Source: a virus (Duplodnaviria > Caudoviricetes). From it: 61,922 nt of DNA. Below are positions 36,491 to 44,851 of the stretch, in pieces. Made by a program: the position numbers and the translations under genes. The notes beneath the pieces were generated by a model. It had not been told where the DNA came from and searched no databases. It worked only from the letters and a program-made list of their open reading frames with translations. How positions within the stretch are numbered: the stretch's first letter is position 1; the number at the start of each line of letters is the position of its first letter. The DNA is taken from the IMG/VR virus record IMGVR_UViG_3300009678_000065, positions 1 to 61,922 of that record; one strand, 5' to 3'.

Positions 36491-37059
36491 AGCGGGAGTA
36501 GCTCCTTGTTGGGCAGGTAGTTGAGCGTCATGGTGATCTCGCCCATCCGACGCAGGCCGGGGATCATCACCTGGTCTCGATCGGGCGTGCCACCGAATTG
36601 CCCGCCGTACGTCACGTCGATCATCTCCCGGTGCATGGACGGCGCGCTGATCGACTCCAGTTCCGCCACCACGACCCCATCGATCTCCAGCATCGTCGGC
36701 TTGGCCGAGCGAACCTTCGCAGCCCTACTTCGGGGTTCCCGAACAGGACGTGGGGCGGGGCATCGCACGCTGACCTCTTTGAATTCGCCTGTAGGCCGGA
36801 TGCCGATGTCCATTGTGGCCTGGCCGTCATCGGACTCGTTCATCGTCTGGTTGGTCACGAAGCCCATGAACTCGTAGCTGATGGTCTGGCCGTGCTCTTG
36901 GAAGGTGATCAGGAACTTCTTGACCCCATCTGCGAGAGCCGTTGGCGCAAGAACCGTGGGCGCTTCCGGCGCGAGGGCACGTTCGAGCACCACCTGCGGG
37001 TTGACCGCGAGGGCCGCGCCTGCGGCACCCATCCATTGGAGGAAGGTTCGGCGGTTCAT
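36487..37059 (-). CDS. Tat-signal protein that is a circular permutant of the tail tube protein
   Basis: MNRRTFL twin-arginine signal; aa ~42-91 align to tube aa ~87-136 and aa ~121-183 to tube aa ~17-73. Confidence 0.8.
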   Translation of the reverse strand: MNRRTFLQWMGAAGAALAVNPQVVLERALAPEAPTVLAPTALADGVKKFLITFQEHGQTISYEFMGFVTNQTMNESDDGQATMDIGIRPTGEFKEVSVRCPAPRPVREPRSRAAKVRSAKPTMLEIDGVVVAELESISAPSMHREMIDVTYGGQFGGTPDRDQVMIPGLRRMGEITMTLNYLPNKELLPL

Positions 37060-37343
37060 GATGGGACGTCTTCCAAGTAGAGACCAGCGTTTCTCGTGTC
37101 GGCCACGTAGTCGTGTGTGCCCATCTGGTCATGCGCAGGGTTCATGTGGGTGTGCCAGATTGAGTCTTTGATGCGACCGCACCTACACGGCGCAGGACCG
37201 TTGCGCTCCAGGATCGCCGCGTCCAGTACACCGTGAAGAGCCTGGTGCATGAAGGCGCGGAACTTCCTCGTGAACGCCTTGTTGCCCGCGCGACGACGGG
37301 AACGCCGTCGTCGCATGCGGAGCAGTTGCTTGTTGCGGCTCAC
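37056..37343 (-). CDS. Arg-rich hypothetical protein
   Basis: Coupled overlaps with both neighbours. Confidence 0.55.
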   Translation of the reverse strand: MSRNKQLLRMRRRRSRRRAGNKAFTRKFRAFMHQALHGVLDAAILERNGPAPCRCGRIKDSIWHTHMNPAHDQMGTHDYVADTRNAGLYLEDVPS

Positions 37344-37630
37344 ATCGTCACCAAAGGAACGTTCAGTTCCACGTGGTATTCGTAGAGACCGTCACCGATG
37401 TAGCGACGGTGCAACGTGTGGTTGCCGAACGATGCCTTCCGTACGTTGCGTAGCTGCGCGCTGACGCTGGCCGGAGGATCGTTGGTGGCTTGGGAGATCT
37501 GCGGCAGCGTACGCCACACCCCATCCCTCATCAGGTTGAAGATGCGTTCGTACTGCGAAGCCAACCGTTCTCCATCTCTGGGGCGTTGGTAGTCAGCCCC
37601 AGAGAATCGTCCCACTTGTGGAGTGTCCAT
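37340..37630 (-). CDS. Winged-HTH DNA-binding protein
   Basis: IFNLMRDGVWRTLPQISQAT..ASVSAQLRNVRK..GLYEY. Confidence 0.75.
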   Translation of the reverse strand: MDTPQVGRFSGADYQRPRDGERLASQYERIFNLMRDGVWRTLPQISQATNDPPASVSAQLRNVRKASFGNHTLHRRYIGDGLYEYHVELNVPLVTM

Positions 37631-37637
37631 GCCCGGC

Positions 37638-37868
37638 TTACCGACGGCGCTCGACGACGCCTTCCAGGGCCGCGATGTCGGTGCGGAGGTTCGAGATGCG
37701 CGGCGCGTTGTCTTCCTGCACGCGCTTGGCGTCAGCGCTCTCGGCCTGGAGGTTCTTCAGCTCCGACTGCATGGTCGAGATGCGGAGGTTGAGCGAGTAC
37801 GTGCTCAGTCCCGAGTGATCGCGGGCGGTGATCTGCGCGCGGGTTGGTGCCTTGGCCTTGCTTCCCAT
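37638..37868 (-). CDS. Small coiled-coil protein
   Basis: GAAGGAG RBS; heptad pattern. Confidence 0.6.
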   Translation of the reverse strand: MGSKAKAPTRAQITARDHSGLSTYSLNLRISTMQSELKNLQAESADAKRVQEDNAPRISNLRTDIAALEGVVERRR

Positions 37869-37902
37869 GTGTGTGCTCTCCTTCGTGGTTGACGTTCGTG
37901 AA

Positions 37903-37963
37903 ACCGCCCGAGCGGGAATTGCACCCGCGCGACCCTGGCCGCGATCTGATGTCACTAGGCGGT
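37903..37963 (-). ncRNA. Small tRNA-like RNA (T-arm, no anticodon arm)
   Basis: ACCGCCT/GGGCGGT closing stem, GCGGCC/GGTCGC stem, GCGGG-TGCAATT-CCCGC 5-bp/7-nt T-arm. Confidence 0.45.
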
Positions 37964-37969
37964 CGTTGA

Positions 37970-38572
37970 CTACCTCGCCCAGCCCGCGTCGATCGACGGG
38001 TTGGTGTCCTGGACACAGACTTCGTACTCAAACCCCAGGACCTTCTGGTTCGAGCGGTTCTCCATGCGCCGGATGACTCCGCGATAGAAGTCCTCCGCGC
38101 TGAAGGGACTGACCGACCGCTTGGTGAGGTACCAGCGGTTGCCGCGATACAGGTCGCGGCTCGACATCGGGATGTTGCCCAGCATCGGGCCTTCCAGCTT
38201 GACGTGGCACTCGTAGTACACCGGCCGCTCTTCGGCGGTCATGATGTTGACTTCGTGCTTGACCCGAACAACGCGCGCGTCCTTGTAGTCGGCCCCGAGC
38301 TTCTCGATCAACACTTCGGGGTCCTCGCCCAGGGCACACATCAGCTGCAAGTTCATGTTGTTCAGCTCGATGTGCAGCGGCTTGACGTCGAGGTCGTGGC
38401 AGAAGTTGAACCAGTCAATCGGGTTGATGTCCTCGACGGTGACGTGGTACTCCTCGATGCGTTCAGCGGGCTTGAAGGGGCTGTGATCACCCTTGTGGTT
38501 TTTGTCGAGGGCGCAGAGCACTAGCTCCGAACCCGCTTCGATCTTGAAGTCACACGTTTCACGCTTCGCCAT
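37970..38572 (-). CDS. Hypothetical protein with ExHV/RxKxE motifs
   Basis: EYHVTV, RVKHE, YYECHVK, EVCVQDTN..DAGW; TAATG coupling. Confidence 0.6.
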   Translation of the reverse strand: MAKRETCDFKIEAGSELVLCALDKNHKGDHSPFKPAERIEEYHVTVEDINPIDWFNFCHDLDVKPLHIELNNMNLQLMCALGEDPEVLIEKLGADYKDARVVRVKHEVNIMTAEERPVYYECHVKLEGPMLGNIPMSSRDLYRGNRWYLTKRSVSPFSAEDFYRGVIRRMENRSNQKVLGFEYEVCVQDTNPSIDAGWAR

Positions 38573-39012
38573 TAGTTTCTCCCAAAGACTCGGTAACGGG
38601 TTTCCACCATCCACACTCGGTCGGTCCCGAGTTCACGAAAGAAGTACACCGCGCCTGTAATCGTCACGGTGATGCGGTCGCGCCAGGTCTTCTCCCAGGC
38701 CACCGACCAGTCTTGCTCGAAGAACGTGCCGCCCTGCTTTAGATCGAACCACCAGGACCCGCTAACCGTGAAGTTGGCTACGCACATTTCCACGCCAGGC
38801 ACGGATGCGAGCGTCCATGTCCCGGTTGCGATGTTGTACACCCGGCCGTGGGTGGCGGTGAGGTCCAGCGTTTGCGCGCGGGCGGGCGTTGGTGCAAGAA
38901 CCAGGGCCAGCAGCACGCTGAGCAGGCAGATCTGGATGAAGCGCTTGGCAAGGAACACCAGCAGCTTGGCGGTGAGCAACCCGGCGACGACGGCGAGGAG
39001 GGGTGTCAACAT
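38572..39012 (-). CDS. Exported small beta-barrel-like (outer-membrane-type) protein
   Basis: Hydrophobic leader ending ARA-Q, then amphipathic aromatic beta-strands. Confidence 0.55.
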   Translation of the reverse strand: MLTPLLAVVAGLLTAKLLVFLAKRFIQICLLSVLLALVLAPTPARAQTLDLTATHGRVYNIATGTWTLASVPGVEMCVANFTVSGSWWFDLKQGGTFFEQDWSVAWEKTWRDRITVTITGAVYFFRELGTDRVWMVETRYRVFGRN

Positions 39013-39279
39013 TTGTGGTCTCGTGTTGGGAACGAACCCTACGGCTGCAAGCCCTGGTCCAGTTTGATCTCGTAGGGCTGGCCGTTGATGGTGACCCTGC
39101 AGCCACCGTACGTGAGCGTGGCCAGCGTGAACAGAATGCACACGACACCGATTGCACCGAGAAACGATTTCATCGACTCAACTCCTTCAAAGCCCGCGCG
39201 CAAATGTACGCGCGGATGGGATCGCAACACATCACCAGCACGTAGGCGACGGCCAGCGCAATGATCACGAGTGGAACGC

Positions 39280-39528
39280 TCATGGTTCTCCTGCTTCCTT
39301 GTACAGTCGTGCGGCCGACTTCTGTTCGCGGGCCGTTGCCTGCGGTAGGTCCTCGCAGAATGGACACTCTACTTGGCCTGTCTGCACCTGCTTCTCCAGG
39401 TAGCCTGGTGGCAGCGATGCCAGCTGGTGTTGGGTCAGGCTGATCTTGTGGTGGCACTCCAACCAGATGATCATCCGACGCTGCGAGGCCATCGCGTCAA
39501 CGACCCGCATGATCTTTTGCATTCTCAT
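39280..39528 (-). CDS. Zn-finger hypothetical protein
   Basis: LECHH..CPFC; ATGA overlap. Confidence 0.55.
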   Translation of the reverse strand: MRMQKIMRVVDAMASQRRMIIWLECHHKISLTQHQLASLPPGYLEKQVQTGQVECPFCEDLPQATAREQKSAARLYKEAGEP

Positions 39529-39857
39529 AGGTCGTACCCGAAGGGATCGTCGGGGTTGAGCCGGGCCTGGGCCGCGTCCTCGGCCTGCTTGGCCAGGCGA
39601 CGGGCCTGCCGACGTTCGGCGCGGTGCGTCAACCACTTGGAGAACCGACCCCAGACGCCCATGCGGGGACCAGGGCGACGGCACGGGCCGCATCGCGGCG
39701 GTGAAGACGACGGCGGGTTGAACATGGCGACGATCACCAGCACCACCGCGCCTAGCATGACCCTGTCGCTGTCATAGATTCCTCTTGGCCCACTTCCAAG
39801 TGACGTGGCCGATGAAGATGCCGAGTCCCGCGCCCACCAACCCGGCAAGTACGTGCA

Positions 39858-40460
39858 TCACTTGCGCCAGCTCACTCCGAACCTGGCGTAACGCACTGCG
39901 AACTGCGCGCGGACCATGTCGGGAGTCATGTGCGTCATGTACTTCGGCAGGCGCGGAGCAATCTCTCGCATCTGCTTCACCGTTGAATGGGTGATCCACT
40001 CTTCGGCCACGGCCTGGTCAAGGTCGTAGTTCACCTTGAAGTCGCGCTGGTAGCGCAGGGTAATGCGCTCGAACACCGCAGCCAGGTCGTCGGCCACCTT
40101 GATCTCGTGCTTCTCTTCGGGTGTCAGCCCGTGGTACCCGAGGGCCAAGGCGCAAGCCTCGTCCCACTGCGCCTCCAGCGCGCGGAACCACACCATCTCG
40201 GGTGCGTGTTTCAGCTTGCTGGACATATCACCGAGGTAGGCTTCCGGGTTGTCGTGGTTCAGCGCTGGGAAGGACAAGGCCGGGCGCACCAGGTCTCCCA
40301 CGAGACAGGCGTGCTGCCCGACCGCATAGAACTGTCGGATCTGGCCGGTGTACCTGCAGAGGTTGGCCAGGGCGACGATGATGTCCTCGATGGAGATGTC
40401 AGCTGGCTTGGGGTTGCCCAAGTCCAGCCGACGTCCCGTGGCCGTGAAGAAGGCAATCAC
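39858..40460 (-). CDS. HD-domain phosphohydrolase (YfbR/YfdR-like)
   Basis: IEDIIVALANLCRYTGQ..QH..HDNPEAYLGD..IKVAD. Confidence 0.85.
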   Translation of the reverse strand: MIAFFTATGRRLDLGNPKPADISIEDIIVALANLCRYTGQIRQFYAVGQHACLVGDLVRPALSFPALNHDNPEAYLGDMSSKLKHAPEMVWFRALEAQWDEACALALGYHGLTPEEKHEIKVADDLAAVFERITLRYQRDFKVNYDLDQAVAEEWITHSTVKQMREIAPRLPKYMTHMTPDMVRAQFAVRYARFGVSWRK

Positions 40461-40699
40461 GCGCGTGTGACGGCGCGGGCGCGTTCGCCCTTGCCCGGTT
40501 CCTTGTTGGGTTCGGTGTACGGCTCGAACACTACGTCGATGCCCTCTTCCAGTTCCTCAACCGGGATGTCCGTGTTGTTGAAGTGAAAGAAGCGTTCGAC
40601 GCCGCCCTCGTCCTTGATGAAACCGTAGCCCGCGCCACACCCTCGTTCGATGCGGGCACCTGGCTTGGCCTTCTTGATCGCAATGATGCGTCCGTTCAT
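40457..40699 (-). CDS. Cold-shock domain protein
   Basis: GYGFIK (RNP1), FFHF (RNP2), KGERARAV. Confidence 0.85.
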   Translation of the reverse strand: MNGRIIAIKKAKPGARIERGCGAGYGFIKDEGGVERFFHFNNTDIPVEELEEGIDVVFEPYTEPNKEPGKGERARAVTRA

Positions 40700-40713
40700 G
40701 TGACTCCCCGGAG

Positions 40714-41109
40714 TTAAGCTGCTGTTTGTTGGAGTGATGCACGTCGCGCTGACTCTGCACGTTGGCGATGGCGTTGCCGCTTCAGCGCCTTGCTGAGAGC
40801 CTTACCCAGCCGTTGGCCAGGCAAAACGTGTCGCAGGCTTCCATCCGTAAAGAACTGCATGGGCTTCTTGTCGAGCATGCGAACGAAGGCACCGGCGATG
40901 CCGCGCGCCACTGGAACCCTGTGCAGGTTCTTGAGAGTGGTGTAGGGAGTGCGAGGACGGTACTTCTTCTTGCCCTTGGGACGCTCCTGTAGCATCCCAG
41001 GAATGTCGCGGGCCGCTTTCACCAGGCGGGCAAAGGACTTGCCGACGCCAGCCATCTCGGCTCTCGTGCGCTTGAGGTTCTCTTTGAACTGCTTGACCAC
41101 ACCCATCAT
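40714..41109 (-). CDS. Highly basic hypothetical protein
   Basis: GAAGGG RBS; K/R-rich. Confidence 0.55.
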   Translation of the reverse strand: MMGVVKQFKENLKRTRAEMAGVGKSFARLVKAARDIPGMLQERPKGKKKYRPRTPYTTLKNLHRVPVARGIAGAFVRMLDKKPMQFFTDGSLRHVLPGQRLGKALSKALKRQRHRQRAESARRASLQQTAA

Positions 41110-41182
41110 GTTCGTGTCCCCTTCGTTTTGATCGTTGAGATGCGAGGTGCTCGACCACCAGGTGGTGATCGAGCGGTCCTCG

Positions 41183-41353
41183 TTACGCCAGCTTGAAGCC
41201 GACGCGCTTGGCCAGGAGCGATTCGATGAAGCTGTTGAGCGACACGTCGCCCGCAGCCTTGATCACCGCTGCCTTGAGTCCCTTGCGGAACCGCAGGACC
41301 ACCTGCTCTCGGCCGGTGCCCGCCTTCTTCGCTGCCTTCTTCTTGGTTGCCAT
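41183..41353 (-). CDS. Ribbon-helix-helix (Arc/HicB-like) regulator
   Basis: QVVLRF..LKAAVIKAA..SLNSFIESLL; AGGAG RBS. Confidence 0.75.
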   Translation of the reverse strand: MATKKKAAKKAGTGREQVVLRFRKGLKAAVIKAAGDVSLNSFIESLLAKRVGFKLA

Positions 41354-41417
41354 CTGCTGACTCCTGTAGTGGTCGGTTGCCGTTGGATGCCGGTCCCTGC
41401 TGCAAGCAGCGTGCCGG

Positions 41418-42176
41418 TTAGTGTCGAAGGAACGTGACGTCGTTCTTGGTGCCCTTGAAGCAATAACCGCACGCTTCGCAATTCGGTTGACGCTTGGTCT
41501 CCTCCGGGCACACGTAGCTGGCACCGCCGTCGAGCGTGGCCAGGTTATGCGTCACTGGGTCCTCGGCGTGGGCGGCAACCTGCTGTGGCGTGCCGCCCCG
41601 TACGTCGCCGTCAATCCAGGCCCGACGCCAACCCGAAGGAGGCATCTCGGGGATCGATTCGTCCATCGACGCGAACATCTGCACGTTCGGCAGCGCCCGA
41701 AGGGTCTCCAGGTACGGGAGCAACTCAGCTACGCGCCAGGACCGGGTGTACACCCACATCGTGACGTCCGGCCGCTCCTTCATCCGGGTGATCCAGTTCT
41801 CGATGTACGATATCGAGTCGAAGTCACCGCTGACGTGCAGGCGTAGCAGCTTAGCGTCGGCGGGGATCTCCGGAACGTCCATGCCCCGATTGGCCCGCCA
41901 CATCTGTTCCACCGCGCCGTGCTCCTGGACTGGGCGCACCGCGTAGCAGATCTTGCGGCACTCCTCGCTCGACCCTGGGCAGGTTCCCGTGTCCTTCACG
42001 CCCCACGAACTCATGCGGCTGACGTCGAGACCCAACGCCGGTTGAGTATCGAGGCCGGGCATACGGGAGAACGTGTACACGCCCAAACCGATCTTGAGAT
42101 TGCCGCGACCGAACCGCGAGATGACTACCCCACGCGTATCCGGAATATGCACGACCAACTTGCCAGTAAGATCCAT
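41418..42176 (-). CDS. Gp88-like (radical-SAM-fold) protein
   Basis: GNLKIG, TCPG..C...CYA, RLHVSGDF, WVYTRSW, CPE..CEACGYC. Confidence 0.75.
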   Translation of the reverse strand: MDLTGKLVVHIPDTRGVVISRFGRGNLKIGLGVYTFSRMPGLDTQPALGLDVSRMSSWGVKDTGTCPGSSEECRKICYAVRPVQEHGAVEQMWRANRGMDVPEIPADAKLLRLHVSGDFDSISYIENWITRMKERPDVTMWVYTRSWRVAELLPYLETLRALPNVQMFASMDESIPEMPPSGWRRAWIDGDVRGGTPQQVAAHAEDPVTHNLATLDGGASYVCPEETKRQPNCEACGYCFKGTKNDVTFLRH

Positions 42177-42663
42177 AGATGCTCCGGTCCCAAGGACCCA
42201 GATAAGGGGCGGTCGCCCCGGTGAACGTGACGGTCGGCCCGTTGGGCAGTACGGGCGGGATCTGGGTTTCGTTGGGCCGCAGAATGTCTGCAGCCTGTTG
42301 TGGCGTGAGCGGTCGCGCCTGGGTGAACCTGATGACACCCTGGGCGAACGCCGGGGCCGACAAGAGCAGGAGCAATATCACCGGCGTGATCCTCGTGACG
42401 ATCCACTTCTTGGTGCCCTGGGGATCACCATGAGTCGTGACCTCGATCATCCGGCAGCCCTCCGGCACGTGCAAATGCAGAGCGACGTTTGCATCGCCCT
42501 CCCATTCAAACGACCTGGTGACAGCTACTCCGAGATGAACCTGTGCGATGTCGTCCGCAGGGAAGTCCATCTGAATGCGGGTGACGTCCTGAACGGGGTG
42601 ACCGTCCAGTTCGATGGCGGTGGCTCCGTGCGGCCCTGGTGTGCTGATCTTGACCTGACTCAT
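41851..42663 (-). CDS. Scrambled tail-tube-like N-terminal domain + signal/TM segment + low-complexity tail
   Basis: GGAGG RBS; HG.T.I...G.PV, VT.I....P.D and IEVTTH match segments of 24522..24950; PVILLLLLSAPAFAQ. Confidence 0.6.
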   Translation of the reverse strand: MSQVKISTPGPHGATAIELDGHPVQDVTRIQMDFPADDIAQVHLGVAVTRSFEWEGDANVALHLHVPEGCRMIEVTTHGDPQGTKKWIVTRITPVILLLLLSAPAFAQGVIRFTQARPLTPQQAADILRPNETQIPPVLPNGPTVTFTGATAPYLGPWDRSIYGSYWQVGRAYSGYAWGSHLAVRSRQSQDRFGRVHVLPYARPRYSTGVGSRRQPHEFVGREGHGNLPRVERGVPQDLLRGAPSPGARRGGTDVAGQSGHGRSGDPRRR

Positions 42664-42674
42664 GACTCCCTCCG

Positions 42675-43679
42675 TTATGCTGCCTTGTTGGTGTCGTAGT
42701 ACTCTTGCAACGCGTTCTTGATGCGGGTCTCCGCGATCGTGAAGTACTCGGCCTCCCGCTCGATGCCGATGTAGTTCCTGCCCTCTAGGACGGCTGCGAC
42801 TCCGCACGTGCCACTGCCCATGAACGGGTCAATGATCGTGCCTCCCGGCCGACTGACCAGACGGATCAACCGCCGCATCAGTTCGATGGGCTTCACGGTC
42901 GGATGAAAGTTCTGCGCCATGACGTCCTTGACGACCTTGCCCTTGGCGTTGGACGTCATGTGCGAGAGCCGGTTGTCCTTAACGACTTCCGGCAGATCGC
43001 CGCAGTAGGCGTCTCGATCCTTCGGGGACGGCTTCGGCACGAAGAACGAAGCCTTGTTCTCCATGACCATGCGCGCGAGATCTTCGTCGAGGGCCACGGC
43101 CTCCTCCGAGACCATCACGTTGGTCGGATGCTTGCCATCCTCTGCCTTCCAACCCTGGGCGTTCAGTTGGCCGCGTCCCGTCGTCTTGAACAACTTGTTC
43201 AAGTCCTTGAGGTTACCCATCTGACCCATGAACCTACCACACAGGATGGGTTCAAAGCCAGGCCGTGGGTCGTTGGGGTTCTTGACCTGGCCCGAGGCGT
43301 ACAACCAGGCGAACCCGCGTACGATGGGTAGCCCAGCCAGGCGGTAGCCGCGCCCGAGGAGGTCGAGCGTAGTGCTATCGGAGAAGGCCAGGACGTGCCC
43401 TCCAGCCCAGAGTCTGTCCATGACCCCGCGCACCCAGCCTTCGGTGAACTTGGCGAACGCTTCTGAGTCTTGCGACAGGTCGCCGCCACCCCGCTCGTCT
43501 TCAAAGGAATCCCAGTCCTTGGAACCTCCGAAGTCAAAGCCGTACGGCGGGTCGCACACGCAGGCATCGGCCTTGGAAATTTTGCCAGGCGTCGGGTACA
43601 TGCTTTTGAAGTCCATGTTGTTGAGGAGTTCCAAGCAATCCCCATTGTGCAAACTGATGACTAGTGGCTTTGCACTCAT
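42675..43679 (-). CDS. N6A/N4C DNA methyltransferase (beta class)
   Basis: GDCLE, CDPPY, HPTVKP, IIDPFMGSGT. Confidence 0.92.
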   Translation of the reverse strand: MSAKPLVISLHNGDCLELLNNMDFKSMYPTPGKISKADACVCDPPYGFDFGGSKDWDSFEDERGGGDLSQDSEAFAKFTEGWVRGVMDRLWAGGHVLAFSDSTTLDLLGRGYRLAGLPIVRGFAWLYASGQVKNPNDPRPGFEPILCGRFMGQMGNLKDLNKLFKTTGRGQLNAQGWKAEDGKHPTNVMVSEEAVALDEDLARMVMENKASFFVPKPSPKDRDAYCGDLPEVVKDNRLSHMTSNAKGKVVKDVMAQNFHPTVKPIELMRRLIRLVSRPGGTIIDPFMGSGTCGVAAVLEGRNYIGIEREAEYFTIAETRIKNALQEYYDTNKAA

Positions 43680-44039
43680 TATGTAATCCCTTTCCCAAAA
43701 GTGTCCTTAGTGATGAGCTGGTTCGGCCTTACAGATGAGCTGGAAACCAGGCACGCATGTTGAATAATGAAAAGACCAACGGAGGGCAATCAAGCCCAAA
43801 CGGATGGAGGGTAGACAAATGGCAAAGAGACTCAACAACGAATCGCTGGTGCGCGTCGAACCGCTCTCGCAATGACACTGAGGGACGTCGGTCGGGATCA
43901 ACCCGGCCGACGTTCTCATCTGCAATGGGGCCTGGTCCGAGTCGCACGGACAGCATCGTCATTTGAGGAAGGTGTGCCGGTTGTACGGGTCCCTTCGTTT
44001 GGACGCTAGTAGCTTTCACTTCTCCAGACCTTGTCTCGA

Positions 44040-44846
44040 TTAGAAGGGAACCTTGTCCTTCTTCTTGTTGCCGCCCTGGCTCTCCGGGGCCTCGTCTGCC
44101 GCGCCATCCGGCGCATCGTTCACGACCTGCTCGTCGGTCGGGATCGCCTTGTCCTTGATCTGTTCGTAGATCTTCTTGGCGTACGCAGCCTGCTCGACGC
44201 TCGGCTTGCCCGCCGTCTCGACCGCGAACACGCCGAACTTGCCAGCGTCGTTCTGCTGCAGCTGCGACGTGATCTTGAACTTGGCGATGAAGGCCGGACC
44301 CTGGATGGACCCTGCCCACTTGGCCAGCGTCTGTCCCGCGCCGAACGACTTCGACTTGAACGAGACGATCGCCAGCTCCGGGTACGCGCCGTTCAGGATC
44401 AGGACGACCCAGTCGTACACGCGCACACCTTCGGGGTGTGGCTTGCCCTTGCCCTTCCAGTTCTTCTTCTCTTCCTCGGTGGGCCACTCGCAGCGCGGGT
44501 CGTCCCAGGCGATCTCCTCGCCCATGCGGCCGTTCTCGTCGGGCAGGTACGCGCGCTTGCGGTGACGCAGCAGCTGGACTTCGACGGGACCCTTGCCGAA
44601 GACCTGCTTGGTCTCCGTGTTGTAGATGTCGCCCAGCTGGATGCCGGGGATGTAAGCGTCCCCCGTTTCATCCTTGGCCTTGGACGTCAACTGCGCGAGG
44701 GCCAAGAACGCGGGCTTCCAGTCGGCGGCAGTGATGCCTTCCTTGCCGCTCATGTCGTTCGCGCTGTACCCTTCCATTGGCGCGAACGTTTCCGCGATGG
44801 CCGTGTTGCCGCTCTGTGCGGCCAGACGAGTGTCTTCCGTGCTCAT
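44040..44846 (-). CDS. Putative single-stranded DNA-binding protein
   Basis: Replication context; acidic flexible tail ending VPF. Confidence 0.55.
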   Translation of the reverse strand: MSTEDTRLAAQSGNTAIAETFAPMEGYSANDMSGKEGITAADWKPAFLALAQLTSKAKDETGDAYIPGIQLGDIYNTETKQVFGKGPVEVQLLRHRKRAYLPDENGRMGEEIAWDDPRCEWPTEEEKKNWKGKGKPHPEGVRVYDWVVLILNGAYPELAIVSFKSKSFGAGQTLAKWAGSIQGPAFIAKFKITSQLQQNDAGKFGVFAVETAGKPSVEQAAYAKKIYEQIKDKAIPTDEQVVNDAPDGAADEAPESQGGNKKKDKVPF

Positions 44847-44851
44847 GCTCT

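Noticed and set aside
37056-37343. Capsid spine-helix mimic (HQALHGVLDAAILERNG) next to the Tat-tube gene
   Set aside because: A single short match to a generic HK97 pattern and not to this phage's capsid; too weak to claim.
37903-37963. Bona fide tRNA gene
   Set aside because: Too short, with no anticodon loop, D-arm or CCA; kept only as a tRNA-like candidate.
39858-40460. DatZ of a 2-aminoadenine (Z-genome) pathway
   Set aside because: No PurZ-like gene in the genome; a generic HD nucleotidase is sufficient.
40714-41109. Tape-measure N-terminus mimic
   Set aside because: Only generic amphipathic-helix similarity.
41418-42176. QueE / 7-deazaguanine modification pathway
   Set aside because: No FolE, QueC, QueD or DpdA recognised; motifs fit the Gp88-like family.
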